A stretch of DNA of 64,000 nt from Chiloscyllium plagiosum. Lineage: Eukaryota. The notes under the pieces were generated by a model, which saw only the letters and a program-made list of their open reading frames with translations, had not been told where the DNA came from and made no database searches. Positions 62,575-64,000 of this stretch are shown piece after piece. Every line of letters starts with the position of its first letter. Position 1 is the stretch's first letter. Location: contig NC_057757.1 of assembly GCF_004010195.1 (NCBI RefSeq), positions 7,338,610 through 7,402,609 on the forward strand, in the 5' to 3' direction. The position numbers and the translations under genes were made by a program.

Positions 62575-63578
62575 CTACTGTTTCACTTGTGTCTGTTGGG
62601 AGTCTGGTGTAGCTATTACATTGAAGGACTGGGAAAAAATAAAAATGGTCCCCATCGCTATGTGCCTCTTAGCTATTTTGCTTCTTAAGTAACTGAATGA
62701 TCCAGTAACCGGATATTTCATTGTGCTTTCGAGCTGCTCTCTGAACCTAGACTGTGTGACTGCATAAATGAATGTGTTTGTGCAGCAACTCATATTCCGC
62801 AGCATAAACCCAACTTGTTGAAGTATATATTCAGAATCATTGTAATCTCCGGGATAAGTTGCTGTTATAATATAGTATAAGAAATCTATGACATTTACTA
62901 ACCAAAGAACAATGAAGCTGCCGGAAATGGTGAACAGTAAAATGATAGACTTCCTTCTACTCTCTATCTCTGGGTCTCTTTGATTCTCTGCCTTGCTTTG
63001 ACCCCTCAGTCCCTTACGGATCCGATTGGTCACTAAAATGTGTCTGATGGTCAAACAGTTGAATAACAAAATCAAAGCGAATGCGAGAAATGGGGTTAAA
63101 ATTGTATCAAACCAGTCAAAACCCAGCCACCCAGGGTCTGTATAATAACTTGACTTTGGGTAACAGTCCCAGGGTACATTATTGATTATCCATCCAGGTT
63201 GAAGGATAAAGTAGAATGGGACATTTTTTAAACAGAGTAAGATGTAGATTGTTGCTAGAACTACAGATGCAGTTTTTCTAGTGCAATATTTTCTTTTCAG
63301 CTTTTGGCAACAAATGGCTACAAATCTATCAAAGGAGAAAGCGATGGTGAACCAGACAGAATAGTCCGTTGCTGCTCGAAGCAGGACATAATTAACACTA
63401 CACACAGCGGTTAGGTCCAGGAAGGTTCCTGGGAAGTAATAGTAATTGATCCGCCACAGTATGACCTCAGCAATAATGACCAGGAGATCTGCCATTGCCA
63501 TGGCCAGCAGATAGCGAGTGGTGCAGATCGAGAGGCCACATGTTCTCCTGGATAGTATCACAATTGCAATCAAGTTAA
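62575..63578 (-). CDS. GPR139/GPR142-like GPCR, copy 5, exon 2 (exon 1 beyond the window; C-tail frameshift-extended)
   Basis: Acceptor ttccttgcag|TTAACTTG; open frame through all remaining TM helices (AFSFDRFVAIC, CCTNTFIYA); close paralog of copy 3. Confidence 0.85.
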
Positions 63579-64000
63579 CTGCAAGGAAAAATAGGGAAAA
63601 GAGACTGAAAATTAATCGATTAAACATTCTGCTGAGCCAGACAGGGGTCCAGCACAAAAGAAATCAGCATGTGCCAAGTTCAGTGTATATACCAAAAATA
63701 AAAATATGCAAACCTGATCACAGTCCCAGCTCCATCTCACTGACAGTTAGGTTCAATAGAGTCAGGGCATGGAGTAATTGGCAACATCTCCCACTGAGGC
63801 CGGGTTATGAATTTGAATATCTGAATTGGTTTGATTGTCTCTGATTTAAGTTTTCTTCCATTGAACACAGGGGCTGCTGGCTTTCCAAGACCTTTGTAAA
63901 AGGATCACTGGACAGAGCTGAAGACAGAAGATAAGCCACTCCAGGGTAAAGCTTGCAACCTTGGAAAATCTCTTCACCTCTCCCCCATCCATCTATTCCC

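Noticed and set aside
1..64000. CRISPR array or prokaryotic operon
   Set aside because: No regularly spaced repeat-spacer array; the content is spliced vertebrate genes and retroelements

Overview
Repeat-rich vertebrate genomic DNA, most likely from a cartilaginous fish (shark), inferred from HE1-type SINEs and CR1/Penelope families. Coordinates were read by eye, so repeat boundaries are approximate. Host genes: a tandem, all-minus-strand cluster of five two-exon GPR139/GPR142-like class A GPCR copies. Two are intact, one is apparently intact but has a frameshifted C-tail and exon 1 outside the window, and two are pseudogenes. The cluster appears to have been built by segmental duplication. 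Mobile DNA: two long decayed Gmr1-type Gypsy LTR elements (integrase before RT), a full-length decayed L1, a Penelope-like element, about a dozen Penelope-derived hammerhead-ribozyme motifs, and CR1, Rex1 and HE1 copies. The standout is a full-length, 4.26 kb, three-zinc-finger R2 retrotransposon (44501-48762, minus strand) lying outside rDNA. It begins with 24 nt of its 28S rRNA target sequence, which forms helix P1 of a complete HDV-like self-cleaving ribozyme fold, and it ends in AAAA-TAGC, where TAGC equals the first 4 nt of downstream 28S.
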